Origin: the human T2T-CHM13v2.0 reference genome, Homo sapiens
DNA: 64,000 nt
NCBI RefSeq assembly: GCF_009914755.1
Contig: NC_060933.1
Direction: 5' to 3' (one strand)
Every line of letters starts with the position of its first letter. The first letter of the stretch is position 1. Under the pieces are notes generated by a model, which made no database searches, was not told the origin of the DNA, and saw only the letters and a program-made list of their open reading frames with translations. Positions 56,591 to 64,000 of the stretch are shown piece by piece. Both the position numbers and the translations under genes were made by a program.

Positions 56591-59500
56591 TCTAGGACAG
56601 TGTTTCTGTGGCAATTTATTTGTTAATGTTTTTTATTTGTGGAAAAGCTAAAGAAAAAAACCTTGTGATAAGTTATTTTCTCTGCATATGACCAGATGGG
56701 GTCAAGAACCCCAAGATCAGCCACTTTCTCCAAATTGCTTTTAATCTTCAGGAAATGCCCTGCGTCTGACTCATTAACACTGAAACTTACATTCCCGTGG
56801 ATGGAGCAGAGTAGCTGCTGGCTTTGGGATTTTTATCTGTTGGGTGCGAATGGAGTAATATTATAACATTTCCCCAGATTTCTTCTGTCTGGTGGATTGT
56901 AGCCATCTATACATAATATTTCAGGTTAGGACATTTGTGTCCTTTTTCTGTTTCTTCGTGTAAAAATTTCAAATAGCTGCCCTTATGTTTCTTGAAAGAC
57001 TAATGATTTGCAATGAAAGCAAATGTGAAATTTGCTAAATGATCTTGGCAAAATATAGCAATGCAGAGAATTCAGGAGAAAATAGTTTGATAACAATTGC
57101 TAAAAAATCTCAATTTATTAAACTGACGTATTCAGAAAGAAATACGAAAATATTTACTTTTTAAATACCAAGATATTCAATTAAAGTACTTTTCTTTTAT
57201 AGATCTTTATTCAAATGTCTCCTCATCTTTTTATGGTGCCCCCTTCCCTCCCTTTCTTCTTCTTCTCTGTCATCAGTTATCATTTTGTATCTGGTTACAT
57301 CATGAATTGATCAGATATTTTAAAATATAGTCTACTGCTTTATTTTTTTATTGGTAAAAATGGATTGATATCTTTGTCTTGATAATTGTAAATGTTTTAT
57401 AATTACTATGGTCATTAAAACAAAGTAATTTTGTTTATATTAACATAAAAGGAAAATAGTGTTTTATTTATTTATTATCTTTTTATTGCAACTTTTATTT
57501 TAGCTTTGAGGGTACATCTGTGGTTTTGCTAAATGGTATATTGTGTGATGGTGAGGTTTGGGGTACAAATGATCTCATCACCCAGGTAGAGAGCACAGTA
57601 ACCAATAGGTAGCTTCTCATCCCTTACTCACCTCCCTCCCTCCTTCCTCTAGTACTCCCTAGTGTCTATTGTTCCCATCTTTATGTCCCTGTGAATTCAA
57701 TGTTTAGTTCCTACTTGTAAGTGAGAACATGTGGTGTTTATTTTTCTGTTTCTGAGTTAATTTGCTTAGAAAAATGGCTCCCAGCACCATCCATGTTGCT
57801 GCAAAGGACATGATTCCATTCTTTTTTATGGCCATATAGTATTCCACGGTGTATATGTTCCACATTTTCTTTGTCTAGTCTACCATTGATGGACATCTAG
57901 GTTGATTCCATGTCTTTGCCCTTGTGCATAGTGCTGCAATGAACGTACGAGTACGTGTGTCTTTTTTGGTAGAACAACTTATTTTCCTTTGGGCCTATAC
58001 CCAGTAATGGGATTGCTGGATCAAATGGTAGTTCTATTTTTAGTTCTTTGAGAAATCTCCAAATTGTTTTCCAGAGAGGGTGAACTAATACACATTCCAC
58101 CAACAGTGTATAAGCATTCCCTTTTCTCCACAGCCTTGCCAGCCTTTGTCATTCTTTGATTTCTTAACAATAGCCATTCTGACTGCTGTTAAGATGATAT
58201 CTCTTTGTGGTTTTGATTTGCATTTATCTGAAAATTGGTAATGTGGAGCATTTTTTCATATTTTTTTGGCCACCTGTATGTCTTCTTTTAAGAAGTGTTG
58301 TTCATTTCCTTCGCCTACTTTTTAATTGGGTTTTTTTGCTTGCTGAATTGTTTATGTTCCTTATGGATCCTGGCTATTAGACCTTTGTCAGATGCCTACT
58401 TTGTAAATACTTCTCCCATTTAGTAGGTTGTCTGTTTACTCTGTTGATAGTTTCTTTTGCTGTGTAAAAGCTTTTTAATTAGGTGCCACTTGTCAATTTT
58501 TATTTTTGTTGCATTTGCTTTTGAGGACTTAGTTATAAATATTTAGCCAAAGTTGATTTCCAGAAGATTACTTGCTAGGTTTTCTTCTAGGATTTTTATA
58601 GTTTCAGCTCTTACATTTAAGTCTTTAATTCATTTTGAGTTAATTTTTGTATATGGTGATAGGTAGGGGTTCAGTTTTATTCTTCTGTGTATGGTTAGCC
58701 AGTTATCCCAGCACCATTTATTGAATAGAGTCCTTTCCCCATTGCCTATTTTGCTAACTTTGTCAAAGATCAGATGGTTGCAGGTGTGTGGCTTTATTTC
58801 TGGATTCTCTATTCTGTTCCATTGGTCTATGTGTCTGTTTTTGGACCAGTACCATGCTGTTTTGGTTACTGTGGCCTTGTGATATAGTTTGAAGTCATGT
58901 AATGTGATGCCTCTAGCTTTGTTCTTTTTGCTTAGGATTGGTTTGGGTTTTGGGTCTCTTTTTTTGGTTCCATATGAATTTTAGAATAGGTTTTTCTAAT
59001 TCTCTGAGAAATTATATTGGTAGCTTGATAGGAGTAGTGTTGAATCTATAGATTGCTTTCGTTAGTATGACTATTTTAACAATATTGATTCTTTCAGTCC
59101 AAGAGCATGGAATGTTTTTCCATTTGTTTGTGTCACCTATGATTTCTTTCAGCAGTGTTTGTAATTCTCCTTGTAGAGATCATTCACCTCCTTGGTTAGA
59201 TGTATTCCTAGGTATTTTTTTGTGGCTATTGTAAATGGGATTGCATCCTTGATTTGGCTTTCAGCTTGAATGTCACTGGTGTATCCTGAAACTTTACTGA
59301 AGTCATTATTAGTTCCAGGAGCCCTTTGGTAGAGTCTTTAGAGTTTTCTAGGTGTGGAATCATCATCAGTAAAGAGAGATTATTTACTTCTTCTTTTTCT
59401 ATTCGGATGTCTTTTATTTCTTTCTCTTGCCTCATTGCTCTGGCCTGGACTTCCAGTACTGTAATACATAGAAGTGGTGAAAATAAGCATTCTTGTCTTC

Positions 59501-61716
59501 TTTCAGTTCTTAAGGGAAATGCTGCCAGCATTTACCCATTCAGCATGATGTTGACTGTGGGTTTGTCATAGACGGCTCATATTATTTTGAAGCATTTTCC
59601 TTCAATGGCTACTTTGTTTAGGGTTTTACTTGTTGAAGGATACTGGATTTTATTGAAAGCTTTTTCTGTGTCTATTGAGATGATAATGTGGTTTTTATTT
59701 TTAAATCTGTTTATGTGGTGAATCACATTTATTGATTCATGTGTGTTAAACAAATTTTATACTCCAGGAATAAAGCTATTTAATAGTGGTGAATTAACTT
59801 TTGATGTGCTGCTGGATTTAGTTTGCAAGTATTGTCTTGAGGATTTTTGTGACTGTGTTCAGCAGGTATATTGGCCTGAAGTTTTCTTTTTTCGTTGTGT
59901 CTTTGACACATTTTGGTATCAGGACAATGCTGGCTTTGTAGAATGAGTTAGAGAGGAGTCCCTCCTCCTCAATTTTTGGGAATAGTTTCAGTAGGATTGA
60001 TAGCAGCTCTTCTTTGAACATCTGGTAGAATTCGGCTGTGAATCCATCTTGTCCAGGGCTTTTTTTGGTTAGTAGGATTTTTATTACTGATTCAGTTTCA
60101 GAATTCATTATTGATTGGTCTGCTCAGGGTTTCACCTTCTTCCTGATTCAATCTTGGGAGTTATGTGTTTCCAGGAATTTACCCATTTCCTCTAGATTTT
60201 CTAGTTTGTATCCATAGAGGTGTTCATAATAGTCTCTGAGGATCTATTATATTTCTGTGGAATTGGTTGTGATATCACCTTTGCCATTTCTGATTGTGCT
60301 ATTTAGGTCTTCTCTTTTTTTTTTTTTAATTTGTTAATCTAGCTAGTGATCTATTGAACTTGTTGATCCTTTCATAGAACAAACTTTTGATTTCATTGGT
60401 CCTTTGTATAGATTTTTGGGTCTGTATTTCATTCAGTGCTGCTCTAGTTTTAGTCATTTCCTTTCTTCTGCTAGCTTGGGGGTTGATTTGCTCTTGTTTT
60501 TCTAATTTCTCTAGGCGCAATTTAGATTGTTAATTTGAGATCTTTCTAACTTCTTGATGTAGGTATTTAGAACTATAAACTTTCATCTTAATGCTGCTTT
60601 TGCTGCATCCCAGAGATTTTGTATATTGTATCTCTGTTATTTATTTCAAAGATTTTTTTTTTTTTATTTCTGCCTTAACTTCATTGTTTACCCAAAAGTA
60701 ATTCAGGATCAAGTTGTTTAGTTTCCGTGTAATTGTGTGGTTTTGAGAGATTTTCCTGTTACTGATTTCCATTTTTATTCCTCTGTGGTCTGAGAGTATG
60801 CTTGGTATGACTTAAATTTTATTTGAATTCACTGAGTTTTGCTTTATGGCTGAGCATGTGGTTGATCTTAGAGTATGTTCCATGTGTAGATGAGAAAAAT
60901 GTATATTCTGTGGTTGTTGGATGGAATATTATGTACATGTCTAGTAGGTGAAATTGGTCAAGTATAGAATTTAAGTCTGGAACTTCATTATTAATTTGTT
61001 TTCTGCCTCAATGATCTAATGCTGTCAGGTGGCTACTGAAGACCTCAACTATTATTGTGTGGCTACTTATTTTTATAGGTATAGAAGTATTTGTTTTATA
61101 AATCTGGGTGCTCCAATGATGGGTATGTATGTATTCAGGAGAGTTAAGTCTTATTGTTGAATTGAACCATTTATCACTATGTAATGACCTTCTTTGTTCT
61201 TTTTTACTATTCTTGGTTTAAAATCAATTTTATCTGATACAAGAATAGTGACCTCTGCTCTCTTTGTTTTCCGTTTGTGTAATCTTTCTCCATTCCTTTA
61301 CTTTGAGCCTATGGGTGTCAATGCATGTGAGATGGGTCTCTTGAAGACAGCAGAGTGTTAGGCTGTTTAAATTCAAGGTTACTATTGGTATGTGAGGTGT
61401 TGTTCCTGTCGTGATATTGTTAGCTGGTTGCTTTGTAATCTTGACTGTGTAGTTGCTTTAGGAGTCTGTGCAATGTGTACTTAAGTGTGTTTTTGAAGTA
61501 GCAGGTATTGTTCCTTTGTTTCTATCTTTAGAACTCACTTAATGTTCTCTTGTAAGGCTGGTGTAGTGGAAACAAATTCACTTAATGATTGCTTATCTGG
61601 AAAAGATTTTATATGAAATTCTTGGTTAGAATTTCTTTTCTTAGAGAATGCTGAAAACAGGTCTCCAATCTTTTCTGGCTTGTAAGGTTTCTGCTCAGAA
61701 ATCCTCTGATAGCCTA

Positions 61717-63562
<1,846 letters not shown>

Positions 63563-64000
63563 ACAATGAGAACACATGGACACAGGAAGGGGAACATCAC
63601 ACACCGGGGACTGTTGTGTGGTGGGGGGAGTGGGGAGGGATAGCATTAGGAGGTAGATATACCTAATGTTAAATGATGAGTTAATGGGTGCAGCACACCA
63701 GCATGGCACATGTATACATATGTAACTAACCTGCACATTGTGCACATGTACCCTAAAACTTAAAGTATAATATTAATAAAAAGAAAAAAAAATATTTTTC
63801 TTTTGTGTTGACCTTGAAAAAGTCGGATGACTTATGTTTCTTAGAGGTGGTCTTTTTGTACAGTATGTCACAGGACTTCTCTTAATTTCTTGAATTTGCA
63901 TGAAATTTACTAGAGAGAATTGACCTCTCTAGTAAAATTGGAGAAATTTTTGTGGACTGTATACTCAAATATGTTTTCCAAGTTGCTTACTTTCTCTCCT

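Overview
Primate, most likely human, non-coding genomic DNA; it looks intronic or intergenic. No host protein-coding exon, RNA gene or CpG island could be confidently identified. All long ORFs are LINE-1 ORF2 remnants, and the other ORFs look like chance or repeat-derived frames. The window is rich in transposons. It holds a near full-length old L1MA element (~5.1-13.5 kb) and an L1PA15/16-type element (57.5 kb to the end), each interrupted by a younger 5'-inverted (twin-primed) L1PA. It also holds a short L1PA2-like copy (32.8-33.5 kb), three Alus, nested MaLR LTRs, an MLT1F-like provirus remnant, hAT DNA transposons, MIRs and L2s. The most unusual signal is a set of locally templated insertions. 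These are a ~165-bp near-perfect copy of 40.0 kb pasted into an LTR at 42.0 kb, a patchwork at 36.24-36.41 kb built from two upstream donors between 30-bp direct repeats, an in-frame hairpin/duplication insert in an L1 ORF2, and several snap-back hairpins. They fit known repair and template-switch mechanisms, so I do not claim a new system. Repeat family and subfamily calls rest on remembered consensus sequences, not on a database search.
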